This document shows, in pieces, positions 41,000 to 51,374 of a stretch of 64,000 nt of DNA (position 1 is its first letter; every line of letters starts with the position of its first letter). Source of the stretch: Desulfobacterales bacterium (lineage in GTDB: Bacteria; Desulfobacterota; Desulfobacteria; Desulfobacterales; UBA2174). The position numbers and the translations under genes are program-made. Location: NCBI GenBank assembly GCA_963668645.2, contig CAXXWC010000014.1:32001-96000 (forward strand), in the 5' to 3' direction. The notes beneath the pieces were generated by a model, which was given only the letters and a program-made list of their open reading frames with translations, was not told where the DNA came from and ran no database searches.

Positions 41000-41515
41000 T
41001 CAGTTACATGTTACAGAATCCAGGATTTTTTTGAACAATTCCTGATCTTTGCCAAAATCGGCTGTAGGAGATTGACAGTCAAAAAAATTCAGCAACTTCA
41101 TTGGTCCAATGTCTTCAATCAAAATTAAACCATGATGTTTGTAGCCGCGAGTGTCTATTTCTACAAACAACCCTTCCATACCACACTTTTTTATTTTACC
41201 TACGATTTTCGGAACACTGCCATAATAAAAAGCAAGGAGTTCATTTCTGTTTTTTCCCGGCATTGGCGGAATAGCACCAACATGAAGGCTCGTTTTGGGA
41301 CGGCCCATATTCAGGATTTTTTCTTTAGGAGCCCAGATGTCCGTATCGGCATCTTCTTTCCATGTACCAGGGATTTTGAAGGTATAGTCTTCATGTGATA
41401 TCTTTTTCCAGACAGGCTTAGTTCCAGCCTCAACAAACACTACATTGATAGCGGCTGTCATTATTGCAACTGTCAGAAGAACAATAAATCCTGGGACTAT
41501 CTTGGTCTGTTTCAT
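41000..41515 (-). CDS. Hypothetical exported protein in reverse orientation
   Basis: AGGAGA RBS, N-terminal hydrophobic segment, 171 aa. Confidence 0.7.
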   Translation of the reverse strand: MKQTKIVPGFIVLLTVAIMTAAINVVFVEAGTKPVWKKISHEDYTFKIPGTWKEDADTDIWAPKEKILNMGRPKTSLHVGAIPPMPGKNRNELLAFYYGSVPKIVGKIKKCGMEGLFVEIDTRGYKHHGLILIEDIGPMKLLNFFDCQSPTADFGKDQELFKKILDSVTCN

Positions 41516-41560
41516 CTCTTCTCCTTGGTAATTATGGTTATCTTATAGATAGTTTCCATC

Positions 41561-42448
41561 CGCGGTCGTAACTATCTGGTCAGCATAAAAAAACGTATTT
41601 TGAGCTGGAGTTTCGAGGCTGATTGTAGTGTAAACGATGGCATCAAACAACCGTAAATACTAATAAAGCCGAAAAATAAACCAACTCAAAATGCGCGAAA
41701 AATGGCAACGCCAAATGCCCCTGATGCCCGAGATCGCCAGTCACATCCAAGCCCAAGAGCTCGAAGTCATCTCCGGCATTCTGGACAGCAAACCTATCAT
41801 CACCGAGTTCGTGCTGCAAGACCTTTGCAAGCGGCGCAGTGTCGTCAGCCGTGCCGGGGCCAAAGGCATGAGCGCCGAGCAGGTGCTGCGAGCGGCCGTG
41901 GTAATGAGGCTCCACGAGTTGACCTACCAGGATCTGGCTTTTCATCTGGTCGACAGCCAGAGTATCCGGCGTTTTTGCCGTATCGGCATTGCCGGCAAGG
42001 GGTTCAAAAAGTCGGTGCTCGACAAAAACATCAAGGCCCTGTCGGATCAGACCTGGGAAGCGATCAATTTTGAAGTGCTCGGTTATGCCAAGCAAAACAA
42101 GATCGAAAAAGGCCGTGAGGTGCGCATCGACTGTACAGTGGTCGAAAGCAACATCCACGCCCCCAGTGATTCGAGCCTGTTGTATGATTGTGTGCGGGTG
42201 CTGAGCCGGTTGCAGCAGAGGGCCCAGGATTTTGGTCTGGGTTGATTTGGATACCACGATCACCGCCGGGTGGCCAAACGGCGCATGGTCAAAATCCAGT
42301 ACGTCCGCAGTAAAAATGAACGCCGTGGGGCCTATGTCGATATGATCAAGTACACGGTAAAGTCGTTGGCTTCGGCCCGGCGCGCTATCGAACGGCTCAA
42401 GACGGTCGGTGCTGACAACCTGACCGCGCTGGGCTTGTTTTTTGAATT
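41561..42448 (+). mobile_element. Truncated IS (ISNCY/IS5-like transposase pseudogene)
   Basis: MSAEQVLRAA, YQDLAFHL.DS and RIDCTVVESNIH.P.DSSLL motifs; in-frame TGA at 42243; cut by the IS3 element. Confidence 0.75.
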
Positions 42449-43195
42449 TGATTTTCTCCCAAATTAGTGGACACCCCGAAAAGCCCAAGGTATACGGGCG
42501 TCAGGAGGTGATCCAATGGCACAGAAAAAGAGAAAGATTTACTCGCGAGAATTCAAGGTCGAGGCTGTAAACCTGATTACCCAAAAGGGATACAGCATCG
42601 CTGAAGCCTCGCGGAATCTCGGTATAGAATACAGCGTGTTACGACGCTAGAAGTCAGAACTGGCTAAAGAACCCCTGCACGCTTTTCCTGGTAAAGGAAA
42701 GCTTGCCGCTCCGGACGAGGAAATGCGTAACCTCCGCCGTGAGCTGGATCGCGTCAAACAGGAGCGTGACATCCTAAAAAAAGCGCTAGCCTACTTTGCG
42801 GAGGATCAGAAATGAAATTTCGATTCATCTCTGAACACGTGGAGACGTTCACTGTAGACCGCATGTGCAAGCTGCTAAACGTCTCCCGCTCCGGCTTCTA
42901 TGCCTGGAAAAAGCGTCCGGAAAGCCGCCGGAGCCGTGAAAACCGGGTTCTGGAGGATCGAATCCGGCTATCGCATGCAAACAGTCACGGTATCTACGGA
43001 GCGCCGCGGATTCACCAGGATCTGAGCGATGACGGCGTGCGTTGCGGGAAAAACCGTGTCGCCCGTATGATGCGCAATGCCGGTATCCGATCTCGTACGA
43101 GAAAGAAGTTCAAGGCAACGACGAACTCTCGGCATAATCTACCAGTTGCACAGAATTTACTTGACCGGGACTTCAACGCAAAGGCTCCCGACACC
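42449..43195 (+). mobile_element. Truncated IS3-family element
   Basis: TGATTTTCTCCC..GTGGACACC end; orfA 42516-42815 (YSREFKVEAV) with internal TAG at 42648; A7 tract; orfB from 42812 (SRSGFY, YGAPRI) lacks the DDE core. Confidence 0.85.
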
Positions 43196-43446
43196 GCACG
43201 GGAGAGGAGTCCCTCAACCACCTCTTTTCGCGGATCGTGAAAGACCGCGTCCGCTGAAGAAAGGGTACCTTGGGTCGAGCCACATTAACCTTTTGATACA
43301 AACCGTAAAAGCTGATAATAATTGCTTCCAGACGGGGCTATATTGCGTTTTTTAGGGTGAAAATGCCCATATAGGAGATTGAGATGGCAAGGGCTCACCG
43401 GTCGGCTTTTGTTTCAGGTCAGATTGAGGTGGATGACCCCTCTATG

Positions 43447-43831
43447 TCAGGGTGAAAGGACCTTCAGCCTGATCACTGAAATAAAGCGCGAGTCGATCCA
43501 TTTGTTTCTGGGCCAGGAACGCCGGCGGAGTTTTTTAGATTTTCGGATAGGGCGGCTTGACGGCGATGTTTTCTGCGACGTGGTCATGCAGGATGAGGAA
43601 ATGATTGTAGTAGGGGCAAGGCAGGGGATTTTACATGGACCGAAGAACGCCTGAATTTGCCAACGAAATCGGACAAATCCAGATAGGCAATGCCCCGATG
43701 TGTTCAACACTTCGAATTTTCAGGAAAACACGGAATTCGTGCAATCGGATGGCCAGTGCCTGTTGGGAGCGCTTGGAGAAATTTGCAAGCCGGCAGTAGT
43801 CCAGGAAGGCGGTAATGTGGTGCTGAAGCAT
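43447..43831 (-). pseudogene. N-terminal fragment of a XerC/D-like tyrosine recombinase
   Basis: ITAFLDYCRLANFSKRS..AL..RL.EF then frameshifted ENIA..PYPKI..TPP.FL; no catalytic domain. Confidence 0.55.
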
Positions 43832-43973
43832 GACACCTTTTCCATATCATGGGATCACGCTTCACCGTCAAACCCTTGATTTTCAACCCTTCCCAGTCCT
43901 CACCGCGGGGTTTGTTGGGCACCATTGAGTGAGCGACGGAATGCACAGCGCTCTTGTTAATAGGAGACGGAAA

Positions 43974-45014
43974 TTGAAAGCAGCAATATATCGAGCGTTT
44001 GGTAAACCGCTTACGATCGAGAGTTTGCCGGATCCGACACCTCCTCCGCGGGGTGTGGTGATCCACGTAAAGGCAACCGGGCTATGCCGAAGCGATTGGC
44101 ACGGCTGGATGGGACATGATCCGGACATTCGCCTTCCCCATGTTCCTGGACACGAGCTTGCTGGAGTTATTGACGCTGTTGGCCCTGAGGTCATGAAGTG
44201 GAAACCTGGAGAGCGGGTCACGCTACCTTTTGTTTGTGGGTGCGGCGCATGCCCCCAATGCACTTCTGGCAACCATCAGGTTTGTGATCACCAGTTCCAA
44301 CCGGGTTTTACGCATTGGGGATCATTTGCTGAATATGTAGCGATTGATTATGCGGACGTCAACCTGGTTCGGCTACCGGACGAGCTTGATTTCGTCACGG
44401 CAGCAAGCCTTGGCTGCCGATTTGTGACATCGTTCCGGGCGGTGGTCGACCAAGGGAAAGTTTCGGCCGGGCAATGGGTCGCGGTACATGGATGCGGTGG
44501 GGTTGGGCTCTCGGCCATTATGATCGCAAATGCATTAGACGCGCGTGTTGTGGCGATCGACATTGATGACGCAAAACTGGAATTCGCAAAGAGTGTCGGT
44601 GCGGATGAGGTGGTAAATGTGACTGCGGTCGACTCCGTTGTTGAGAGCATTAGAAGCATCACGAGCGGTGGGGCCCACGTATCGATTGATGCGCTCGGGA
44701 GCGCCGTGACATGTTGGAACTCGATCGTAGGACTGTGCAAGCGTGGTAAGCATATTCAGGTCGGTTTGATGCTGGGCGACGACCTTCACCCAAGCCTTCC
44801 AATGGATCGGGTGATCGCAAATGAATTGGAGATCATTGGTTCCCACGGAATACAGGCACACAGGTACCCCGAACTTCTCGCAATGATTGGGGCCGGGAAA
44901 TTGAAGCCACAAATGCTCATCGGCAGGACCATCAGTCTTGAGGATTCCTTGGTGGAGCTTCCTAACATGAATAGCTTCAGTGGCATAGGTGTTAAGGTAA
45001 TCAACCAGTTCTGA
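43974..45014 (+). CDS. Zinc-dependent alcohol dehydrogenase, gene cassette
   Basis: [19 protein letters not shown]...C and GCGGVG motifs; AGGAGA RBS before TTG. Confidence 0.93.
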   Translation: MKAAIYRAFGKPLTIESLPDPTPPPRGVVIHVKATGLCRSDWHGWMGHDPDIRLPHVPGHELAGVIDAVGPEVMKWKPGERVTLPFVCGCGACPQCTSGNHQVCDHQFQPGFTHWGSFAEYVAIDYADVNLVRLPDELDFVTAASLGCRFVTSFRAVVDQGKVSAGQWVAVHGCGGVGLSAIMIANALDARVVAIDIDDAKLEFAKSVGADEVVNVTAVDSVVESIRSITSGGAHVSIDALGSAVTCWNSIVGLCKRGKHIQVGLMLGDDLHPSLPMDRVIANELEIIGSHGIQAHRYPELLAMIGAGKLKPQMLIGRTISLEDSLVELPNMNSFSGIGVKVINQF

Positions 45015-45025
45015 TACGGCACAGC

Positions 45026-45092
45026 GTTTAACCTATTGCTGCACCGGATTCGGGCCTAAATGCGGCCTTCTTCGGTGAGCAAAACGTTATAT
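45026..45092 (+). other. attC site
   Basis: GTTTAAC..TTGCTgCACCGGA...TTCGGTGAGCAA..GTTATAT; extrahelical G. Confidence 0.85.
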
Positions 45093-45106
45093 TTCAAAAA
45101 GGCACC

Positions 45107-45547
45107 ATGAATATTCAAGGCGTAACAAGAGAAAATTACCAGACATTAATCAATCTATGGGAAGCTTCTGTCAGAGCAACTCATGACTTTTTGCCTGAGG
45201 AAAAAATTGCAGAGCTAAAGACTGTGATTTTGGAGCAGTATTTTGATTCTGTCGATTTATTCTGCTTTAAAGACAGTAACGATAGGATATTAGGATTTAT
45301 TGGCGTCGCTGATTTCAAAATTGAAATGTTATTTGTAGCTCCGAATTATATTGGTCAAAAAATCGGTCGGAAGCTTACTGAATACACCATTAAAAATCTT
45401 GGTGCATTTAAAGTTGATGTAAACGAACAAAATCCTGATGCAGTAGGATTTTATAAACGAATGGGGTTTGTTCAAACAGGTCGTTCTGCATTTGACGGAC
45501 AGGGCAATCCTTTTCCTTTAATACATATGAAAATGAATTTAATATAA
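45107..45547 (+). CDS. GNAT acetyltransferase (YjaB-like), gene cassette
   Basis: WEASVRATHDFL, IEMLFV and VDVNEQN..A.GFY motifs; stop lies within the ATATAAC inverse core. Confidence 0.9.
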   Translation: MNIQGVTRENYQTLINLWEASVRATHDFLPEEKIAELKTVILEQYFDSVDLFCFKDSNDRILGFIGVADFKIEMLFVAPNYIGQKIGRKLTEYTIKNLGAFKVDVNEQNPDAVGFYKRMGFVQTGRSAFDGQGNPFPLIHMKMNLI

Positions 45548-45670
45548 CAATTCGCTGGAGAAAGAACATGCTTAATGTGCGACCTTTAAAAAGTATTTTG
45601 TTCAGAAAATTTGACTTACTATTGGAGCTTATGGGGTTCAAAAAGCTTGACCATTCAGCTCCCTGTTATG
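45542..45670 (+). other. Long attC site with its right core hit by an IS
   Basis: ATATAAC complements GTTATAT at 45086; ends CAGCTCCCCTGTTATG. Confidence 0.7.
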
Positions 45671-45816
45671 GTAACCGTTCACGGGGTTGAAATATTTCGT
45701 TTCCTCTAAATCGATGTCCGGTAAGGAGGTGCGCAAAAATAAAATCACATTTCAGTCGGACAGATGGAGTAGTTCCATTCAGGGCGTAGCGTATGGAACT
45801 TGATATTAATCTTTTC

Positions 45817-47395
45817 GTAAGCGTTCACGGGGTAAAGGAAACCGTGGTCTGAGCTATATCCAAGACAGATCGGGCTTGTCGTTGTTGAAGAACGATTCGA
45901 TGCAGAGTTCCAGGGTCTGGAAGGTTGATTTCGCTTTTAACCGACAAGTTTCCTTCAGGGAGAGGATACGTTCTACCCAGCGATTTCCTTTTTCACTTTG
46001 GGTGCCGAGGCTGCGCTTTCGCCACAAAACCCCGAAGCGAAGCGCCCGTTCGGCCCGGTTGTTGGTCGGCTCCACGCCCTCGTGTTCGATGAAGAACCAA
46101 AGCGAGTCGATTTCGCGTAAAATCTGTCGAGCCAGCTGGCCAGCGTCGGATTTATCGGGCTCCCACAGAGACAGCGCGAACAACAGTTGTGCGTAATACT
46201 GCTGCCATTGTCGCGGCGGCGGTGGATCTTTGGCAAATTGAATCAACTGCCGAAGCAAGGATGCCATGATGTGCCCGAAGCGTCGTAGATCAGGTTTTTT
46301 CCTCTCGCACAAGGCATCGGCCTTGCGGATCAGATGGGCAAGACAAGTTTGGCGCCCATGAACCCAGTTTCGGTATAGGCCGTAGGAGTCGCTGACCAGA
46401 ATTCCTCGCCAATCCTGGATCAGCTGGTTGAAGGCATCCTTGGAACGGTGGGCATCGATACGATAGAAGGCCACCCGATCATTGACCATGGCCCACAGCC
46501 ACTGAAGGCCGTTTTGGTTAAACCAGGACGTCTCGTCAATGTAATTGCACAGCGAACTGCGGGCCACGTCCCCGATGGCTTTGTATGCCGGAGTAATGGC
46601 CTCCGAAGCCCGGTCGACGATTTTCTGAATGGTGCCCGTGGCGATGGGCATACGCAGAACCGATTCGCATATATGCTTGACATCGTTTCGGCTCATCGCC
46701 TTGATGCCGCTCAACTCGGCGATCAACGCACTCAATCGCGGACCGTATCCATAGCGAACCGGCTCGGGCAGCACGGCCTTGACAGTTTTCCCACAGCTGG
46801 GACAGTCGCAGCGGTGAAGTATAAAATGGCTGATCTCCATTTGGATTTCGGGCAGCTCGATATGCTGATGGGTATAAAACGGTTCCATCCGGCTTCCTCC
46901 GAAGTCGGTGTTGCCGCAACGACAGCGTTCGGGCATCAACGCATGAGATTTATTTGGACTCAGCATTTGCTGCTTGTAGGCCTTATGGCCTTTCTGGCCG
47001 CCCTTGGGGCGACTTCCTTTTTTTCCATTCTTCCGGCCGGATCGGTCAAACGGGCTGTCGGATGACGGCGGCTTGCTGGAGTTTCGAGAATTTTCCCGGG
47101 TCTTCACCTCCAGCTTTTCGATTCGCTTGCCGTAATCGTCAACTTGCTTCTGCAGATTATGCAAAGCCTGCTCGAGGTAAAGGATATAGTGCCGGACAGG
47201 TTCCGGCGTAAGATGCCATTCAAGGTCTGTGAAGGGTCTTTTCGTCTCCATGGAAAAGAGCCTATCACACTAGAAAACGAATGTCTAGATTTTTTTAACA
47301 ATTTCAATACTTTATGTCATAATGTATCTTTCTCTTGTGAATTCAGCATGTTAGACTTCGGAATTGTAACTCCGGGATACCCCGTGAACGCTTAC
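45817..47395 (-). mobile_element. IS66-family single-ORF element, 1579 bp, copy 1
   Basis: Terminal IR GTAAGCGTTCACGGGGTA; inverted copy of 49510-51088. Confidence 0.93.
45854..47251 (-). CDS. IS66-family transposase
   Basis: NSSKPPSSD, IDETSW, CLAHLIR and PTNNRAERALR motifs. Confidence 0.93.
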   Translation of the reverse strand: METKRPFTDLEWHLTPEPVRHYILYLEQALHNLQKQVDDYGKRIEKLEVKTRENSRNSSKPPSSDSPFDRSGRKNGKKGSRPKGGQKGHKAYKQQMLSPNKSHALMPERCRCGNTDFGGSRMEPFYTHQHIELPEIQMEISHFILHRCDCPSCGKTVKAVLPEPVRYGYGPRLSALIAELSGIKAMSRNDVKHICESVLRMPIATGTIQKIVDRASEAITPAYKAIGDVARSSLCNYIDETSWFNQNGLQWLWAMVNDRVAFYRIDAHRSKDAFNQLIQDWRGILVSDSYGLYRNWVHGRQTCLAHLIRKADALCERKKPDLRRFGHIMASLLRQLIQFAKDPPPPRQWQQYYAQLLFALSLWEPDKSDAGQLARQILREIDSLWFFIEHEGVEPTNNRAERALRFGVLWRKRSLGTQSEKGNRWVERILSLKETCRLKAKSTFQTLELCIESFFNNDKPDLSWI

Positions 47396-47513
47396 CTGTT
47401 ATGAGTATTAAATAGAAATTATAAAAAATTGCCAACAATCTGATATTGATCTGGCCATTAGCATCTGTCTTGAATTATCTTGTTGTTATTTTAATTAATT
47501 ATTAGAGGCGATA

Positions 47514-48431
47514 ATGAGTCGTTTTTTATCGAAAAATGAAACTGTAACGGATCGTCAAACTGATTTAATGTGGACAAGAAATGCCTCTCTGTTTGAATTT
47601 CCAATGAGTTGGGTCGAAGCGTTAAATATCATTGGTGAACTCAATAAATCAGGACTTTTTGGTTATTATGACTGGAAACTTCCGAACCGTAAAGAATTAT
47701 TAAGCCTGATAAGCTATCAAACGATTAACCCGAGTCTTCCGGCCGACCATCTTTTTGAAAATGTATTTAACGGTTATTACTGGACTTCTACAACTTGCGC
47801 CAGGCTGCCAGATCAAGCGTGGTACATTCATTTGGGCAGCGCCAGAGTGTTCAAAGGAATGAAATATGGTTCATACATGGTTTGGCCTGTAAGGACTGGA
47901 GAAAAATTTACCAAACAGGATCTTTTTATGACGGGGCAGAAATCGTGTTTCGGTAAAACCGGCAAAATCATAGATTGCCAGGAAACAGGTCAGGATGGTG
48001 AAAAACGTTCGGGTTCTAATCCTATCGAGAATCGGTACACAAAACAAGGTCAAACTGTCTATGACAGTTATACAGGTTTGACCTGGATACAGGATGCAAA
48101 TACCTGCAAGCATGTGATGAGTTGGAATTCGGCTTTCGATCTGATTTCAGAGTTGAACAGGAAGATGAAGCATGGCCATGATGATTGGCGAATTCCCAAT
48201 ATAATTGAACTGGAGAGTTTGACTGATATGGGGGAACATTCACCGGCTTTGCCCCAGGATCATCTCTTTTATGATATACAGGATTTTTACTGGTCCTCCA
48301 CCACAAGCATGTATAATACGGATTACGCATGGGTGCTATACATGGTAGACGGCGCCGTTGGCGTTGGTTTTAAGCAGCTGTCGGAATTTTATCTCTGGCC
48401 GGTAAGAGGAAAAGAAAAAATGATGGTTTGA
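47514..48431 (+). CDS. Tandem DUF1566 (Lcl C-terminal) protein
   Basis: Two repeats of TV.D..T.L.W...DW.LPN..EL...YW.STT...AW...WPVR. Confidence 0.85.
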   Translation: MSRFLSKNETVTDRQTDLMWTRNASLFEFPMSWVEALNIIGELNKSGLFGYYDWKLPNRKELLSLISYQTINPSLPADHLFENVFNGYYWTSTTCARLPDQAWYIHLGSARVFKGMKYGSYMVWPVRTGEKFTKQDLFMTGQKSCFGKTGKIIDCQETGQDGEKRSGSNPIENRYTKQGQTVYDSYTGLTWIQDANTCKHVMSWNSAFDLISELNRKMKHGHDDWRIPNIIELESLTDMGEHSPALPQDHLFYDIQDFYWSSTTSMYNTDYAWVLYMVDGAVGVGFKQLSEFYLWPVRGKEKMMV

Positions 48432-48562
48432 CAACATATTGATATAGGGTTTATATATGCGATATAAATGTATTTCGGGTTTATCCGCAAGGCTGGTGTC
48501 ATTTCAAGAACCGGACCATCTACAGATAGCAAGCCTATAAATTTAAAAATCGGATTTTATAA

Positions 48563-49048
48563 ATGAACTCTAAATTGGAAATAAAGCAAGCCACAGAAGG
48601 TGATTTGCCTACAATTTTTTCTTTGGTAAAGAGCCTTGCGAAGCACGTCGATTTATCGCACGAACTCACGGCAAAAGAGGAGGATCTGCGTAAATATTTA
48701 TTCGGTAGCGCCGGGTTTGTTGAAGTTCTGATCGGCTATTATGACTCACAACCTGTTGCGATGATCATATTTTACCCGAGTTTTTCGACCTTTATCGGGA
48801 AACCGGCAATACACATCGAAGATTTTTATATAAAATCAGATTTCAGGGGCATGGGGCTTGGGACGGCCATATTCAAATTCCTGGCAAATCTTGCCTTAAG
48901 CCGAAATTGCGGAAAGATTGAGTGGTACGCCGCTGAATGGAATGAGGGTGCGTTGGAGTTCTACACAAAAATGGGGGCACAAAAACTTGAAAGGAGGAAA
49001 CTCTTCAGGCTAACCGCAGACAAGATGCGGAATCTTGTGGAGCCATGA
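48563..49048 (+). CDS. GNAT acetyltransferase (SSAT-like)
   Basis: FSTF.GKP.I.IEDFY, RGMGLG and WN..A..FY..MGA motifs. Confidence 0.88.
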   Translation: MNSKLEIKQATEGDLPTIFSLVKSLAKHVDLSHELTAKEEDLRKYLFGSAGFVEVLIGYYDSQPVAMIIFYPSFSTFIGKPAIHIEDFYIKSDFRGMGLGTAIFKFLANLALSRNCGKIEWYAAEWNEGALEFYTKMGAQKLERRKLFRLTADKMRNLVEP

Positions 49049-49509
49049 ACAGTTGATGGCTCGTGCGAACATCAGGCCATCCCCGTTACCCCTTCGGAAT
49101 GGCAGAGAGGTGCGATTTTCTGGATATAGAGTTTTTGTTTAGTGACGGTCACCTATGTTCGACTAAACAGGAAATCAGTAATCTATAGAATAGGAAAGAA
49201 GAATGAACTTTCGTATTCCAGAACAATTGCATACAGAGCGGCTTTTTCTTCGCATGTTTCGTAATGATGATCTGAATGCCATCCATGAATATTATTCCGA
49301 TGAATCGTGTGTAAAATATACAATCGGGAAAGTATTAAAGGAGCATGAAAGCTGGAGAGAGATGGCCATAAGAACGGGGCACTGGCTGTTGCATGGATAT
49401 GGCCCGTATGCAGTGGAGGAAAAAACAAACCAAAATGTAATCGGCATTATTGGGCTCTGGAATCCACCTGAATGGCCCGAGCTGGAATTAACCTGGCATT
49501 TGATCAAAA

Positions 49510-51088
49510 GTAAGCGTTCACGGGGTATCCCGGAGTTACAATTCCGAAGTCTAACATGCTGAATTCACAAGAGAAAGATACATTATGACATAAAGTATTG
49601 AAATTGTTAAAAAAATCTAGACATTCGTTTTCTAGTGTGATAGGCTCTTTTCCATGGAGACGAAAAGACCCTTCACAGACCTTGAATGGCATCTTACGCC
49701 GGAACCTGTCCGGCACTATATCCTTTACCTCGAGCAGGCTTTGCATAATCTGCAGAAGCAAGTTGACGATTACGGCAAGCGAATCGAAAAGCTGGAGGTG
49801 AAGACCCGGGAAAATTCTCGAAACTCCAGCAAGCCGCCGTCATCCGACAGCCCGTTTGACCGATCCGGCCGGAAGAATGGAAAAAAAGGAAGTCGCCCCA
49901 AGGGCGGCCAGAAAGGCCATAAGGCCTACAAGCAGCAAATGCTGAGTCCAAATAAATCTCATGCGTTGATGCCCGAACGCTGTCGTTGCGGCAACACCGA
50001 CTTCGGAGGAAGCCGGATGGAACCGTTTTATACCCATCAGCATATCGAGCTGCCCGAAATCCAAATGGAGATCAGCCATTTTATACTTCACCGCTGCGAC
50101 TGTCCCAGCTGTGGGAAAACTGTCAAGGCCGTGCTGCCCGAGCCGGTTCGCTATGGATACGGTCCGCGATTGAGTGCGTTGATCGCCGAGTTGAGCGGCA
50201 TCAAGGCGATGAGCCGAAACGATGTCAAGCATATATGCGAATCGGTTCTGCGTATGCCCATCGCCACGGGCACCATTCAGAAAATCGTCGACCGGGCTTC
50301 GGAGGCCATTACTCCGGCATACAAAGCCATCGGGGACGTGGCCCGCAGTTCGCTGTGCAATTACATTGACGAGACGTCCTGGTTTAACCAAAACGGCCTT
50401 CAGTGGCTGTGGGCCATGGTCAATGATCGGGTGGCCTTCTATCGTATCGATGCCCACCGTTCCAAGGATGCCTTCAACCAGCTGATCCAGGATTGGCGAG
50501 GAATTCTGGTCAGCGACTCCTACGGCCTATACCGAAACTGGGTTCATGGGCGCCAAACTTGTCTTGCCCATCTGATCCGCAAGGCCGATGCCTTGTGCGA
50601 GAGGAAAAAACCTGATCTACGACGCTTCGGGCACATCATGGCATCCTTGCTTCGGCAGTTGATTCAATTTGCCAAAGATCCACCGCCGCCGCGACAATGG
50701 CAGCAGTATTACGCACAACTGTTGTTCGCGCTGTCTCTGTGGGAGCCCGATAAATCCGACGCTGGCCAGCTGGCTCGACAGATTTTACGCGAAATCGACT
50801 CGCTTTGGTTCTTCATCGAACACGAGGGCGTGGAGCCGACCAACAACCGGGCCGAACGGGCGCTTCGCTTCGGGGTTTTGTGGCGAAAGCGCAGCCTCGG
50901 CACCCAAAGTGAAAAAGGAAATCGCTGGGTAGAACGTATCCTCTCCCTGAAGGAAACTTGTCGGTTAAAAGCGAAATCAACCTTCCAGACCCTGGAACTC
51001 TGCATCGAATCGTTCTTCAACAACGACAAGCCCGATCTGTCTTGGATATAGCTCAGACCACGGTTTCCTTTACCCCGTGAACGCTTAC
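49510..51088 (+). mobile_element. IS66-family element, 1579 bp, copy 2
   Basis: Terminal IRs; 8-bp TSD GATCAAAA at 49502-49509 and 51089-51096. Confidence 0.95.
49654..51051 (+). CDS. IS66-family transposase
   Basis: Protein identical to 45854-47251. Confidence 0.93.
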   Translation: METKRPFTDLEWHLTPEPVRHYILYLEQALHNLQKQVDDYGKRIEKLEVKTRENSRNSSKPPSSDSPFDRSGRKNGKKGSRPKGGQKGHKAYKQQMLSPNKSHALMPERCRCGNTDFGGSRMEPFYTHQHIELPEIQMEISHFILHRCDCPSCGKTVKAVLPEPVRYGYGPRLSALIAELSGIKAMSRNDVKHICESVLRMPIATGTIQKIVDRASEAITPAYKAIGDVARSSLCNYIDETSWFNQNGLQWLWAMVNDRVAFYRIDAHRSKDAFNQLIQDWRGILVSDSYGLYRNWVHGRQTCLAHLIRKADALCERKKPDLRRFGHIMASLLRQLIQFAKDPPPPRQWQQYYAQLLFALSLWEPDKSDAGQLARQILREIDSLWFFIEHEGVEPTNNRAERALRFGVLWRKRSLGTQSEKGNRWVERILSLKETCRLKAKSTFQTLELCIESFFNNDKPDLSWI

Positions 51089-51374
51089 GATCAAAAAGCA
51101 CCAGGGTAAGGGATATGCATACGAGGCTGCAAAAAAAGTGCTAACGATGACAGGTGAATATGTCCCCGAACTTGATTTGATAAGTTTGATTCACCCGGAG
51201 AATCTACCCTCGTTGAAACTGGCTGCGGCTCTGGGCGCATATAAAGAGAAGGAGATATTGTTCAGGAATGATATTTGGTATATTTACCGTCATAGGCGAA
51301 ATCAAATAAAATAGAAAGGTTACCGGATTTTGTCTTTCGATGGCGAAGTTGTATATTCGCCTGCCGGCTAGACC

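Larger units (their letters stand above)
49203..51314 (+). pseudogene. RimJ/RimL-type GNAT interrupted by IS66 copy 2
   Basis: Removing the IS and one TSD restores ELTWHLIKKHQGKGYAYEAA...HPENLPS in frame to TAG at 51312-51314. Confidence 0.9.

Noticed and set aside
42243..42245. In-frame TGA in the transposase as a second selenocysteine
   Set aside because: Non-redox protein, no evident SECIS hairpin, and the element is already truncated; a nonsense mutation is simpler
42648..42650. In-frame TAG in IS3 orfA as pyrrolysine or read-through
   Set aside because: The position corresponds to the usual Trp (RRWK), so TGG>TAG decay
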